DNA from: Patescibacteria group bacterium
GTDB taxonomy: Bacteria; Patescibacteriota; UBA1384; UBA12157; JAENIV01
Direction of reading: 5' to 3'
Assembly: GCA_049515915.1 (NCBI GenBank)
Contig: JBEKTP010000007.1
Span: 2,401-66,400, forward strand
Length of the DNA stretch: 64,000 nucleotides
Under the pieces are notes generated by a model. It saw only the letters and a program-made list of their open reading frames with translations. It was not told the origin of the DNA and did no database searches. The translations under genes and the position numbers were made by a program. Position 1 is the first letter of the stretch. Each line of letters opens with the position of its first letter. Positions 29,158 to 40,010 of the stretch are shown in pieces.

Positions 29158-30316
29158 AAAGATCGATTTGTTTTTTTTCTTGGTTTTCCCAACAATAATC
29201 TTTAGCCCACTTTAATGAGTTTCTTTTAAATTGCAAGATTTTCTGGGGATTTTTGGTTAAACTGGTAATTACCTCACGAATGCTTGCCGATTGATCGGCC
29301 GAAAAAAGCATGCCATTTTGAGCACGGGTCACGACTCTTTTTATTTCTGGTAAATCGGAAGCGGCAATCGCCAAACCCGCCATCATATATTCGAAAAGTT
29401 TATTGGGCGTGGAATATCGGTTATTAAGATTATCACCAATGTAAGGAATGATCCCAACATCATATTTTGAAGCAGTTTCAATCACTTCACTTGGCGGCAC
29501 TGCCCCTAAAGAAATAATGTTCCCCGTGCGCCGATTTTGCCAACCTGGTCCGATATTAGTCAATAAAACTCCTCGGCATTTTTCAATCGCTGAAAAAAGT
29601 TTCGAAAAATCACGAGTCCCTTGTAAATTGCCTAAGTAGAGCAACCTAAGCGGCCGGGCCACTTTCTTGGCCGCAAACTTGCGATATGGCGGGGTGTTAT
29701 ACAAAATAGACTGAGGTAATTGATCGGTCTGATATCTTCGATCTAACTCGTCTAGAATCGACTGACAGACCGAGAAAATGCCATTCAACCGAGGTAACCG
29801 CCGTTCTAGATAAATGTAATATTGTTTCCAAAGATAGCGGGGATTGGCAACCGATTCCGAATAAAATTCGTGCGCATCAAAAATAACTTTAAAGCCTCGC
29901 TTTTTTAAAGCATAAGCGGCTGGTAAAGTAATTGAATCGTTAGCGTGAATAACGTCAGGTTTGATCTGTAAGCATGCCCGAACAAATAGTCGGTTAAGAA
30001 ACCAAAGATTAAGAATCGAGGTGTAGGTGACGAGAAAGCCCGGGATATGGGTGCCGGCGCTCTGGCTGCCGGCTATTTCTCGGCCTTTATTGGCTGAAGT
30101 TTTTGACCAGATCCAATCGATCCAGGTCTGAAATCGCTTGATTTTAAAATCATCTCGACTTTCAGAAAACTTTGTGTCGAATGATTTTCTGGCCAGTAAG
30201 GTCACTCTCATACCGGCCTTTTGAGCACTTTTCGCCTCTTTTAAAACCCGCGAATCATGACTAAAATCGCTCGCCAAAAGTATCACAATTTTTTTGTTTT
30301 TAAGATTTTGGGGCAT
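29132..30316 (-). CDS. GT4 glycosyltransferase
   Basis: DSRVLKEA, IHAND, FDAHE and STPNKLFEYMMAGL. Confidence 0.9.
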   Translation of the reverse strand: MPQNLKNKKIVILLASDFSHDSRVLKEAKSAQKAGMRVTLLARKSFDTKFSESRDDFKIKRFQTWIDWIWSKTSANKGREIAGSQSAGTHIPGFLVTYTSILNLWFLNRLFVRACLQIKPDVIHANDSITLPAAYALKKRGFKVIFDAHEFYSESVANPRYLWKQYYIYLERRLPRLNGIFSVCQSILDELDRRYQTDQLPQSILYNTPPYRKFAAKKVARPLRLLYLGNLQGTRDFSKLFSAIEKCRGVLLTNIGPGWQNRRTGNIISLGAVPPSEVIETASKYDVGIIPYIGDNLNNRYSTPNKLFEYMMAGLAIAASDLPEIKRVVTRAQNGMLFSADQSASIREVITSLTKNPQKILQFKRNSLKWAKDYCWENQEKKQIDLYEKVIGSI

Positions 30317-31943
30317 TTTTAGTCAGAATGTAAATTTGATCAGAAGACTCTTTAACTTCCTTCAAATCGGGGAAGAAAGTCTGAACGGCACTGGGGTTAT
30401 CAGTGATGATATAATTCCATTCGACATGACCGATATCTTGTTTGTTAACCTGTTTAATATCATTTTCAACTTCCTGTTGATTAATTATTCTTGAGGATCG
30501 ATTATATTTTTGATCAACAAAAAGACGATAAACCCAAAGAACTTTCGGAAAGTTATTGTTGTCGATGGCGTTAGAGAAAATCGCGGTCTGAGCCTTCGGT
30601 ATCTCACCAAGAGCTTGGGCATAAGCATAAATGACTTTCGCGGCGTCTTTTTGCGTTCGGATCGTGTTCATCGCCGAACCAGCCACAAAGTAACTGCCCA
30701 AAAAAGAAGTCATAACCACAAAAACGATGGCCAGCCTTGATTGCCTTAATTTTCCGATCGCCACCATTAAAGATACTATTAAGAGGGTGAAGGCGACATA
30801 GCTGATTTTTAACCATAAAGGAGCGGCATAGTGACTTAAACCATCATAATAAATCTTTAGTCCGTCAAAGTCGTTCGATTGACGAATCCCCAGGCTAAAA
30901 CCAAGAAAAACCAAAATCAGGGATACCAGACTGAAGAAATATTTATTTTTCAAGCGTACCGTCAAATCAGCAAGGTAGAGGGCCATGCCGATCGAGGCGA
31001 AAAGGTAGGCTGAGTAAAGATAATGTGGGTAAACTTTGACGTGAGATGAAAAAATAAAGAGAGCCAAGAAAAAGCCAATAAAAGTCCAGGAAATCAAGAA
31101 GAGTTTTTTAATAAGCTTATCCTTATAAGCACCGATAAAAACAATCAAGGCCAAGTAAGCCGGTAGGCTTATTTCAGGCCATAAAATATTACCGATCGAT
31201 CGCAGGACCGCCCGCGGTTCGGTGTTAGAAGAAATATCAGTCCCAAACGATTTAATCGCATACGAAACCGAGGCCCAGTCAAAAAGAAGCCCGGTCGCCA
31301 CAAGAACAAAAGCACTCGCCGTGATTAAACCGACAAAATACGGTTTAAGATAAGCATATTTTTTACTGACGATGAGATCGACGACAAAAAATAAAAGAAA
31401 AGCCAAACCCGTGATTTTGCTAAAGATTGCCAAACCGGTGAAAATTCCGGCTAAATAAAGCGAACCTTGGGTTTTTTGACTTCTGAGATAAAAAATGGCG
31501 GCGCACAATCCAAAAAGAGCGACCGTGGCGTCAGGATAACCATAGTTGGCATAGCGCACTAAAGGATAAGAAATAATCAGGAATAGACCGACAAGATACG
31601 CCGCCCAAAAACCTTTTTTGAGATAAGCCCAAATGATGGCCACGATGGCAATACTGAAGCTGATCAGACCAAAATAGATTTCACCGGCTAATTCAGGTCT
31701 GAAAAATAAAGAGAGAAATCGAATGCCGTCAGCAATCATTAACCGATCGGGCCAAGGATAATATCCTCCAATAAAGGTTTTCCAAACGGACGGCTCGATA
31801 TATTCAAGCGGATCATTGGGATCCGGAAGCATTGCCAACTTATGAAAGAAAAACCATCCATAAATAACTAAAAGAAAAAGGAGGGCAACCCCTTCCCACA
31901 GACAGCGATTTTTGAGAATTTTTTGGGTTTTTTGATATGGCAC
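30300..31943 (-). CDS. GT-C (ArnT/PMT-like) membrane glycosyltransferase
   Basis: NDPLEY after TM1, YPD, AGIFTGLAIFSKITG and YPHY, many TMs. Confidence 0.8.
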   Translation of the reverse strand: MPYQKTQKILKNRCLWEGVALLFLLVIYGWFFFHKLAMLPDPNDPLEYIEPSVWKTFIGGYYPWPDRLMIADGIRFLSLFFRPELAGEIYFGLISFSIAIVAIIWAYLKKGFWAAYLVGLFLIISYPLVRYANYGYPDATVALFGLCAAIFYLRSQKTQGSLYLAGIFTGLAIFSKITGLAFLLFFVVDLIVSKKYAYLKPYFVGLITASAFVLVATGLLFDWASVSYAIKSFGTDISSNTEPRAVLRSIGNILWPEISLPAYLALIVFIGAYKDKLIKKLFLISWTFIGFFLALFIFSSHVKVYPHYLYSAYLFASIGMALYLADLTVRLKNKYFFSLVSLILVFLGFSLGIRQSNDFDGLKIYYDGLSHYAAPLWLKISYVAFTLLIVSLMVAIGKLRQSRLAIVFVVMTSFLGSYFVAGSAMNTIRTQKDAAKVIYAYAQALGEIPKAQTAIFSNAIDNNNFPKVLWVYRLFVDQKYNRSSRIINQQEVENDIKQVNKQDIGHVEWNYIITDNPSAVQTFFPDLKEVKESSDQIYILTKNAPKS

Positions 31944-31949
31944 TTGAAT

Positions 31950-33923
31950 CTATCTATATAGTTTTGGAGCATTATTAATTATACGGAGCGATTCTTCAAG
32001 ATCAATCCCGATCGTGTTGGTATACCACTGCATTGAATCATACCTCGGAAGATTATCGGCCATCGAAAGTTCCAACGCTTTTGCGCGGGTCATTGTTCCC
32101 TCTCGGATTTGATTGCTCCTAAAAGTATCGTTTTCGGTAAATCCGGCCAAGAGATAATAAATATAATTATAGAAAGGGGCTGTACCGTCGCCGATTCGCC
32201 AGGTCGTTTTGGTGTCATCGGCCATTTCCCATTTGTATTTTCTAAGCAGAGTATTATTGATTGTTTCCTCATCCCAACGAATGTATTCGTAAAGTGAAAG
32301 ATACTCGTGAGCAATGAGGTAATAGGCAAAATAAGCAAACAGGGTATCCAAAAGTGAACGGTTGATATAGCTCGGATTAGTCAGATATTTTTTCCCATAA
32401 TACAACGCCAGCTTCATCTTGTCGGCCGAGGTTAAGCGATAAGTCACATTGACCTTCGGCTTAATCCCGCAAAGACCGAACTTGAAATCGGTTCTCTCTA
32501 AAGGGTTGATGCAAAGAACGATCAAATCGATCCCCATCACCTGACCAAGCTTATTAGCATAATAGAAATACTGTTTGTCCCCCGCCATAAATAAAGGAAC
32601 CGTGCCTAGATCCGGTTTTTTAAGCCAGGCCAGCACATTACGCCGAATGTTATCCCTTTTATTCTTGATGTTGGCCGAAATCAAAATGTGCTCAACCCCT
32701 AAATCGGCGGTCATTCTGGCCTGATTGCGGCGGCCCAAATCGGTCAACATGCCCCAGTCGTAGGAATAGGCAACCGGATTCATTTTCATCAATGTTTTCA
32801 TATAGTGAAGGCCGTAACTGCTGTCGCGCCCGCCAGAAAACGTCATTAAAACATCCGGACGGCCATTATTTTTACGATATTTCCGCAGATATTCCTCGAG
32901 CTTTTTCGGACCTTTAACTTTCATTTTTTCGTAATTTCGGCAGTAGTTACAAACACCTTTTTCGTCAAACTCAATAAAAGGAATTGTCTCCGGTAAAATG
33001 CATTGAGAGCAACGTCTCAGTTCGGCAATTTTTTGAGCGCTCTTTTTGAAATCTTGTTTGACTTTGGCACTCAACGGTTTGATGATTGCCCGTATTGAGG
33101 CAGACTTCGGATATCGGGAAAGATCTTCCAAGTCATAATCTGCCTGCTCAAGAGTAACTTTGGCACTTTCAAAGATGCCGACTTTTTGGATTTTTAAATT
33201 CTTTTGAGAAATAATCAGCGCTCGGCCGGGCGGCAGCTGCTCAATTTTGGCTTTGGTAAAAAATTTGTTAAAATTTAAGGCCTTAAAAAGAGAATGTAAA
33301 ATATCATATTCCGAGGCATAGACTAAAATATCTTTTTTATCAGAAAGAGCATAATAAAGCGAGCCGGTATTGGTGGCCAAGACATTGGTTTTCAGGTCAG
33401 TAAACATCAGTCCGACTGAAGCCGCCCCCTCGATGGCTTTAAAGGTCTGGCCGATGGCATAAGACAAACCTTTTTCAGCTTTGAGATGTTTGCGAATCAG
33501 GCTTAAAAAAAGCTCGGTGTCAACTTCGTATTTCCGATTAAGATTCTTATTTTTCGACCAGAGTTCTTCCACGTTGGTAATGATCCCGTTATGGACGCCG
33601 ATAATGTTATCCTTGGAAACCGGCTGGTTATTAATGTTGGTATCAAGATCACCGTTGGTCACCAAACGGGCGTGACCGATCGCAAAAACATGGCGAAAGT
33701 CTTGAAAACGGAAAAGCTCGTTATAGGTCTGGCTTTTTAACAGCTCTGAAGCCGGCGTGGGTTGCTTATAGACTTTAATGATGTTATCCGAAAGTAAACA
33801 AATCCCTGCCGATTCTCGGCCGCGATTTTCAGAGAATTTAAATAATTCGTCGGTCACTTTTTTGAAATATTTTCGATTAAATTCCTCGTTGTTGGGCGAA
33901 AACACCCCTAAAATTCCACACAT
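31950..33923 (-). CDS. Class II glutamine amidotransferase fused to a WbuX/WbpG-like N-acetyl sugar amidotransferase domain
   Basis: N-terminal MCGI, RG-x-ES, GHAR, HNGII and DTE. C-terminal RRCSQCILP, GVCNYC and FSGGRDSS. Confidence 0.82.
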   Translation of the reverse strand: MCGILGVFSPNNEEFNRKYFKKVTDELFKFSENRGRESAGICLLSDNIIKVYKQPTPASELLKSQTYNELFRFQDFRHVFAIGHARLVTNGDLDTNINNQPVSKDNIIGVHNGIITNVEELWSKNKNLNRKYEVDTELFLSLIRKHLKAEKGLSYAIGQTFKAIEGAASVGLMFTDLKTNVLATNTGSLYYALSDKKDILVYASEYDILHSLFKALNFNKFFTKAKIEQLPPGRALIISQKNLKIQKVGIFESAKVTLEQADYDLEDLSRYPKSASIRAIIKPLSAKVKQDFKKSAQKIAELRRCSQCILPETIPFIEFDEKGVCNYCRNYEKMKVKGPKKLEEYLRKYRKNNGRPDVLMTFSGGRDSSYGLHYMKTLMKMNPVAYSYDWGMLTDLGRRNQARMTADLGVEHILISANIKNKRDNIRRNVLAWLKKPDLGTVPLFMAGDKQYFYYANKLGQVMGIDLIVLCINPLERTDFKFGLCGIKPKVNVTYRLTSADKMKLALYYGKKYLTNPSYINRSLLDTLFAYFAYYLIAHEYLSLYEYIRWDEETINNTLLRKYKWEMADDTKTTWRIGDGTAPFYNYIYYLLAGFTENDTFRSNQIREGTMTRAKALELSMADNLPRYDSMQWYTNTIGIDLEESLRIINNAPKLYR

Positions 33924-33936
33924 GATAAACCTCGAT

Positions 33937-35199
33937 TTAAATACTAACTTTGATCGTTTTTCTTGTCAAAAGTTTCAAAACACCCGCTGAAATGACAAAC
34001 GAAATGGCCGTGGCCAGCGCCGAGCCGTAGATGCCCAAAATGGGCACCATGATTATATTGAGGATAACATTACTTAAGAAAACAAGAGCGACGAGAAGGG
34101 TGTAGTATTGGGGGAAACCGGCTTGGGCCAAAAGCATCTGAAAGGGTTGATAACCACTCGAGGCGATAATGCCAGCCATTAAAATGATAAAAACCGGCCA
34201 GCTATCCTTAAATTCTCCATTCGTAAAGATTTTTAAAAGCAAGGGATAAAGCAGAATCGCGATTCCACCCAAAGCCGCCGCGTATTGGTAGGTTAGCTTC
34301 ACACCCGATCGAATGACATCTTGAAGTTTGACAATCTGAGAGCGGCCGCTTAAGTTTGCCAGCACCGGGTTAACATTATTTTTTAAGACCACCAGTACCT
34401 GACTGAACCCTTCGGCCAAAATAGCCGCAAAACTATAGATGCCCACCTGCCGATCCGAGAGGAAATAGCCAAGAATCAAAATATCCACCCGCGTGTTAAC
34501 GTCTGCTAAGACATTTCCCCCCAGCGAATGATAGCTGAAAGTAAAATGTTTTTTAAACCACCCCTTCCAATGAGTCGGACCGACAAACTGAAAGAATCTT
34601 TTGGTGTAAAAAAGTAAGCTCAAGAATAATAAGGCTTCGGCGAAAGTAAAGGCCAGGGGCAAGTTTTGGCTGGGTGACTTTCGGGCAACAGCCAAAATAA
34701 TAAAACTGACGATTAAAATATAACGGACCGCCTGAAAAAAGGCGAAAGCCTTCATCTGACGCAGTCCATTTAAAATTCCTAAAAATGTTTTATTGAAGGC
34801 AAAAAGAACCAAGCCTGGCACAATATAATAGATTCCCACCGCCACCTCGGGACTTTGCAGGAATTTAGCAAATAAGTTCCGCCCGAAATAGATCAGCGCC
34901 CCGGCAAAAAAGGCAAAAAAGACCGCTAAGACTAAGCCTGGCGTAATAATCTGATTGATTTTTTTCTGATTACCTGTTTCAGCCACATATTTTTGCAAGG
35001 AAAGGTGAACGCTACCGACGGCCAATTGTGAGCCGAGAATATAAACGGCGTATGTTTCATTAAAAAAACCTAAAGTTGCCACCCCGTAATATCGGCCAAC
35101 TAAAACATTAATGAGTAATCCGCTGACACTTAATATAATGAGGCTGACCAAGTTCCACAAAACATCTTTTTGAAATTTACGGGAAACAGGCAACCTCAC
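33937..35199 (-). CDS. Wzx flippase
   Basis: About 12 [17 protein letters not shown] and GIYGSALAT. Confidence 0.88.
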   Translation of the reverse strand: MRLPVSRKFQKDVLWNLVSLIILSVSGLLINVLVGRYYGVATLGFFNETYAVYILGSQLAVGSVHLSLQKYVAETGNQKKINQIITPGLVLAVFFAFFAGALIYFGRNLFAKFLQSPEVAVGIYYIVPGLVLFAFNKTFLGILNGLRQMKAFAFFQAVRYILIVSFIILAVARKSPSQNLPLAFTFAEALLFLSLLFYTKRFFQFVGPTHWKGWFKKHFTFSYHSLGGNVLADVNTRVDILILGYFLSDRQVGIYSFAAILAEGFSQVLVVLKNNVNPVLANLSGRSQIVKLQDVIRSGVKLTYQYAAALGGIAILLYPLLLKIFTNGEFKDSWPVFIILMAGIIASSGYQPFQMLLAQAGFPQYYTLLVALVFLSNVILNIIMVPILGIYGSALATAISFVISAGVLKLLTRKTIKVSI

Positions 35200-35759
35200 T
35201 TTTTCCTACTTCCGATCGGACGGGCGGGCACGCCGGCAACAATTTCAAAATCTTTAACATTTTTGGTCACGACCGCCCCCGCACCAACCACCGCGCCCTG
35301 GCCAATGGTCACTCCAGGCAGCACTGTGACATTACAGCCAAGCCACGCCCCTTTTAAAATTTTTACTTTGCTCGATACTAAACCTTGTCGATAGATTGGG
35401 GTTTTAAGATCAGTGTAGCGGTGGTCAGAAGTCAGAATCGAGACGCGATGGCCGATTCGAACATCATCTTCAATCTCAATTTCACCGTAGCCCGAAAGAT
35501 AGCCCCATTCGTTGAGCGTCACATTGTTGCCAATACTGATACGATACGGATACCAGAAAGTAACGCCTTCATAAATTCTAACTTTGCCCAGATGCCGGCA
35601 AACGAGCTTGAGAAGGACAAATCTAAGATAATCGCCGAGCGGCGAAGGGAAATACTTAACCAAACCATAAATAAAGAAAAACAAACCATGAAACAGATAA
35701 TCTTTGACGGTATATGGTTTTGTGTTATATTCCTTGTGTAACTTATTGTTTTGTGACAT
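35196..35759 (-). CDS. Hexapeptide-repeat O-acetyltransferase
   Basis: ILTSDH, AWLG and GAGAVVTK-x7-AGVPAR. Confidence 0.92.
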   Translation of the reverse strand: MSQNNKLHKEYNTKPYTVKDYLFHGLFFFIYGLVKYFPSPLGDYLRFVLLKLVCRHLGKVRIYEGVTFWYPYRISIGNNVTLNEWGYLSGYGEIEIEDDVRIGHRVSILTSDHRYTDLKTPIYRQGLVSSKVKILKGAWLGCNVTVLPGVTIGQGAVVGAGAVVTKNVKDFEIVAGVPARPIGSRKK

Positions 35760-35818
35760 TTTATTAGTAAATGCTTAATATCATATTCATAAGATAACAA
35801 AAATGGAAAGAAAACAAC

Positions 35819-36817
35819 ATGCTGAAGGATTTTGGCAAAGACATCCCCAAACTTTACAAACGCGTTCTCGTCACCGGCGGAGCCGGTTTTATTGGCAGCC
35901 ACCTTTGCGAGAAATTGTTAAGTCTCGGAGTCAAAACTTATTCGATCGATGATTTCTCAACCGGCAAACGGGAAAATATCAAATCGTTTTTGAAAAACAA
36001 GAAATTCACCAATATCGAATGTGACATTACTGATTTTCCCAAGCTCGAAAGCTATTTTAAAAAATATCGTTTTGAGGCCGTCTTTCATCAAGCTGCCTCT
36101 AAAAAAACCATTTGTCTAAGAGATCCCAAACGAGATCTAGAGGTTAATGGTAAAGGAACTTTGGGATTACTTCAGACGGCTCAAAAATATAAAGTCAAAA
36201 AATTTGTTCATGCCTCAACCGGCTCGGTCTATGGGGAACTCCAAACCAAAGTTCAAGACGAAAATCATCCCCTTTCGCCGACCTCTTACTACGGCGTCAG
36301 TAAATTAGCCGGCGAGCGATACGCGATCTTGTTTCATAAACTTTATGACCTGGATACGACCGTCTTGCGCTATTTTCACGTTTATGGGCCGCGCCAGGAG
36401 TTCAGCCCCTACGGCGGCGTCGTCGCTATTTTTATGCGCAACTGTCTTAAAAACGAAAACCCCACCATCTTCGGCACCGGTAAACAGGAAAGATCATTCA
36501 CCTTTGTCAGAGACGTCGTTAATGCTAACTTGTTAGTGGCGAGTCGCCCCAAGACCAAGGGAGAAGTTTACAACTGTGCCTCGGGCATTCATGTGACGAT
36601 TAAACAGTTGCTCGATGAAATCAATAATCATTTCCGCGACAAGACTAAGCAATTTAAGATCATTTATGACGATTGGGTCCCGGGAGATATTAAGGAGTTC
36701 AATATCGATAACCGAAAAATCAAGAAACTCGGCCTGACTTTCGTCACCAATATGTCACCGGGACTTTCGGAAGTTTATGAATCGATGAAAACAAGTTTAT
36801 CCAATGTTAAAAAGTAA
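35819..36817 (+). CDS. NAD-dependent epimerase/dehydratase
   Basis: TGGAGFIG, ASTGSVYG, YGVSK and RYFHVYGPRQ. Confidence 0.93.
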   Translation: MLKDFGKDIPKLYKRVLVTGGAGFIGSHLCEKLLSLGVKTYSIDDFSTGKRENIKSFLKNKKFTNIECDITDFPKLESYFKKYRFEAVFHQAASKKTICLRDPKRDLEVNGKGTLGLLQTAQKYKVKKFVHASTGSVYGELQTKVQDENHPLSPTSYYGVSKLAGERYAILFHKLYDLDTTVLRYFHVYGPRQEFSPYGGVVAIFMRNCLKNENPTIFGTGKQERSFTFVRDVVNANLLVASRPKTKGEVYNCASGIHVTIKQLLDEINNHFRDKTKQFKIIYDDWVPGDIKEFNIDNRKIKKLGLTFVTNMSPGLSEVYESMKTSLSNVKK

Positions 36818-37757
36818 AAAAATCGGCGTGGTCGTCCCCGCTCATAATGAAGAACTACTTATTTTAGATACGCTTCGGAGCATGCCGGCTTTTGTTGATA
36901 AAATCGTTGTGGTCAACGACGCCTCGACTGACAAAACTAAGCAGGAAATCCTTCTTGAGCAAAAAAAGCAAAAAAGAATCTATCTCATCGACCATAAAGA
37001 AAACAAAGGACTCGGCGCTACTTTGGCCGATGGTTATCTTAAGGCCTCCGAGCTGGGTTTAGAGGTGATTGCCGTTATGGCCGGTGACAATCAAATGGAT
37101 CCCCACGATCTTAAAAATGTCGTTAGGCCAATTATCGACGGTCAAGTTTCTTATACTAAAGGTAATCGGTTGTTAGTTAAAGATGTCTCCAAGGTGATGC
37201 CCAAATATCGTTTCGTCGGCAATATCGTTGCTACCTTTTTGACCAAGTTTGCCACCGGTTATTGGCCATTGATCGATCCGCAATGCGGCTATACGGCCAT
37301 TGCCAAACAAGCCTTGGACCGCATCGATATCGCCAGCCTTAAAAAAGGATATGGCTATAACGCCGACATTTTGGTACGCTTGAACATTTACAACTTTAAG
37401 ATGACCGATGTTGAGGTTAAACCTGTCTATGGTCGCGAAAAAAGCGGCATTAAGTTCTTCCGTTACACTATCGATGTGAGCTTTTTTCTATTTAAGCTCT
37501 TTTTAAAACGGCTTAAGGAGAAATATTTGTTCCGCGACTTTCATCCGTTAGTTCTTTTTTATCTCTTAAGTTTTGTCAATATTATTTTGATCGCCCTGCC
37601 GCTGGCCATCCGATTTTTGGTGTTATATATTCATTATGGCTTAGCACCACTCACCACCTTGACAATTTTTTCGTTTGCTTCGATGATGGGCTTTTTTTCT
37701 TTTGGCTTTGCCATTTGGCTCGACATGGAGTCTAATAAGAACTTATTTGTGAAATAA
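36804..37757 (+). CDS. GT2 polyprenol-phosphate glycosyltransferase with 2 C-terminal TMs
   Basis: VPAHNEE, NDASTD, MAGDNQMDP, DPQCGY and a C-terminal TM hairpin. Confidence 0.9.
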   Translation: MLKSKKIGVVVPAHNEELLILDTLRSMPAFVDKIVVVNDASTDKTKQEILLEQKKQKRIYLIDHKENKGLGATLADGYLKASELGLEVIAVMAGDNQMDPHDLKNVVRPIIDGQVSYTKGNRLLVKDVSKVMPKYRFVGNIVATFLTKFATGYWPLIDPQCGYTAIAKQALDRIDIASLKKGYGYNADILVRLNIYNFKMTDVEVKPVYGREKSGIKFFRYTIDVSFFLFKLFLKRLKEKYLFRDFHPLVLFYLLSFVNIILIALPLAIRFLVLYIHYGLAPLTTLTIFSFASMMGFFSFGFAIWLDMESNKNLFVK

Positions 37758-37759
37758 AT

Positions 37760-39226
37760 TTATGACAATCTCCTCAGAACGATCGACGCTTTCGCCCGGA
37801 TAAACTCGATTAAGGTTTTTCGTTCGATCGTAGAAACGATCAAGGTCCAGCCTAATAGCAAATAGATGACTGGCCCCAAAATCGAAACCAGGATGGGCTG
37901 GATATTAGAGAGTGGCAAAAACCAGTACGCAACCGTTAAGCCGACTCCTAAAACCAATACCTTCATAATCCGTTTGATCTCCAGGGGAATAAAATATTTT
38001 TTCTGGCTGATTTTGTAAATCAGAGAAGTATTCACGACATAAGCCAGAAGAGTGGTAATCGCCGCGCCCATGATCCCGAATTTTGGTACCATATAAAAAT
38101 TCAAGGAAATATTGATGGTTGCCGCCACCAAAACACTTAAAGAGACATACCAGGTTTTTTTAGCGACATAAGCACCAAGCGAAAGAATAAAAAAGGCTCC
38201 ATAAGCGACCATCCCCCAGGCGAGCACCCCGGCTACTTTTGTCGCACCTAAATAATTGGCATTTGAAAGAATCAGGATGATAATTTTTGAAAAATAGGCG
38301 ACTAAAATGGCGCAAAAGCCAGCGGCCAGCAAAAAATAGGTAAAGTATTTAGCATAGATCGCTTTGGCTTCCTTTCTTTTCAGTATCGAGAAAGCGAAGG
38401 GGATCCATGGCAAAACAAAAGCTGAAACGACGAGTGAAACCGGTAAAGCGATCTTGGCCGCCAGGGCGTAGATACCGAGCTCGAAGGTACCAATATATTT
38501 AACCACGAAAAATCGATCTGATAAGTCCAGGAACCATAAAGCCACGCCCGCTGGCAATAAAGGTAAACCGTAAGTCAGAAGGGTGTGAAGATATTTTTTG
38601 CTAAACGAGAAAAGTAGATTCCGCCGCACCAAAATCGAACTGATGACAAAAGAAATGACCGCGGCCAATAAATAGGCTTCGTAGATTGAACGAAATTGAT
38701 AGTGGCTTCTGATTAGAAAAACCAAAACCATCGCTAAAACCAAAGCTTGATTAAAAAGAAACAAAATGGCATATCTGCCCGCTTGAAGTCGAGTGACGAA
38801 AACCGAGAGGAAATAGTTAAATAAAACAATAAATGGCATTGTCAAGAAATTAATTTTTAGAACCTCCTGATATCGAGCATCGCCAAAGATTATCGATGAG
38901 ATTGACCCCGAAAAAAACGTTAATACTACCGTGACAATAATAAGAATGAAAGCCAAAAAAATGAGGGCGTTCGTTAAATATTTTTTTTGTTCAGCCTTAT
39001 CTTTAGCGTCATAGTAGTATCGCGCCGCGGCGCTATCGAGTCCTAACATTAAAAAAATAACTAAAAAAGAATTGACCGTTAAAATTAAATCTATCACCCC
39101 GTAATCACTCGGAGAAAAGTGCCGCGTCAGAATCGGCACTAAAACTAGCCCCGAAAGGGCCGCAATAACACGAGTGATAGCGTAAACAACCGATTGCTGG
39201 CCGATTTTTTTGAAGGAGTCTATCAC
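37760..39226 (-). CDS. Wzx flippase
   Basis: ILTRHFSPSDYG, LGLDSA, SDRFFV, LGIYALA and about 14 TM. Confidence 0.92.
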   Translation of the reverse strand: MIDSFKKIGQQSVVYAITRVIAALSGLVLVPILTRHFSPSDYGVIDLILTVNSFLVIFLMLGLDSAAARYYYDAKDKAEQKKYLTNALIFLAFILIIVTVVLTFFSGSISSIIFGDARYQEVLKINFLTMPFIVLFNYFLSVFVTRLQAGRYAILFLFNQALVLAMVLVFLIRSHYQFRSIYEAYLLAAVISFVISSILVRRNLLFSFSKKYLHTLLTYGLPLLPAGVALWFLDLSDRFFVVKYIGTFELGIYALAAKIALPVSLVVSAFVLPWIPFAFSILKRKEAKAIYAKYFTYFLLAAGFCAILVAYFSKIIILILSNANYLGATKVAGVLAWGMVAYGAFFILSLGAYVAKKTWYVSLSVLVAATINISLNFYMVPKFGIMGAAITTLLAYVVNTSLIYKISQKKYFIPLEIKRIMKVLVLGVGLTVAYWFLPLSNIQPILVSILGPVIYLLLGWTLIVSTIERKTLIEFIRAKASIVLRRLS

Positions 39227-39230
39227 TACT

Positions 39231-40010
39231 TCATTCCTTTTTTTTGAACCTCAAAAGCTCTAAATAAAGATCATCCAAGTACCAAAAAGGCGTTTTTTTC
39301 TCTCTGAGATATTGAATCAACTCTTCCAAGAAATTTTGCATTCCCTGTCTTTTGTTAACATACCTCGAAAAATCTAATTTTTTTTGATAGAGGAAACGGT
39401 GCTCTTCATAAAACTTTAGCGACGGCACGTTCAAAGCAACGTGAAAAGGGTGAAAATTATAAATCTTTAAGCCCGTCTCCTCGATTTCTTTTCTAATTTG
39501 ACTCAATCTGGGCGATGCTGGAAATTTGGCTAAGTGAAGATCGTCTTCCCAAAAAACCGGAAATCTCACTAATCCCGAATGATGTTTTAACGGAATGCAT
39601 TTTGGTTGCAAAAAAAGACCAAGATTAGAATCATAGAGAAAATCTCGATCTGAAAATTCTTTTGTAATCCAAGAATTATCAAAAAAAGCGTGAGACCGAA
39701 AAGATCTGGCTTTGGGCCAAAGTTTCAAAGAGGAATTAATGACCTTTTTATAATCATTTTTAACTAGAAAGTTAGGATGAAGACCAACGTATCGGCACAT
39801 TTTATCATTATCATACCTTTTCTGGACTGCACGGGAAGGATGGGTTAAAAAGATGGTTACTGGCACTTGAGCGACCTCGAAAATTTCGAGAGTTTTCTCG
39901 ATCATCGCTTCAGACGCCCAATCAATATCTAAAGTAAAACAAACAATCTCTTTTTTAACAAAATAATCCGTAATTTTAAAAAAATCCAACTCTCGATTAT
40001 TTTTTTTCAT
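39231..40010 (-). CDS. WbmS-like polysaccharide deacetylase-fold protein
   Basis: TLDIDWA, GLHPNF, RSH, YDSN, FWEDD and NFHP. Confidence 0.75.
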   Translation of the reverse strand: MKKNNRELDFFKITDYFVKKEIVCFTLDIDWASEAMIEKTLEIFEVAQVPVTIFLTHPSRAVQKRYDNDKMCRYVGLHPNFLVKNDYKKVINSSLKLWPKARSFRSHAFFDNSWITKEFSDRDFLYDSNLGLFLQPKCIPLKHHSGLVRFPVFWEDDLHLAKFPASPRLSQIRKEIEETGLKIYNFHPFHVALNVPSLKFYEEHRFLYQKKLDFSRYVNKRQGMQNFLEELIQYLREKKTPFWYLDDLYLELLRFKKKE

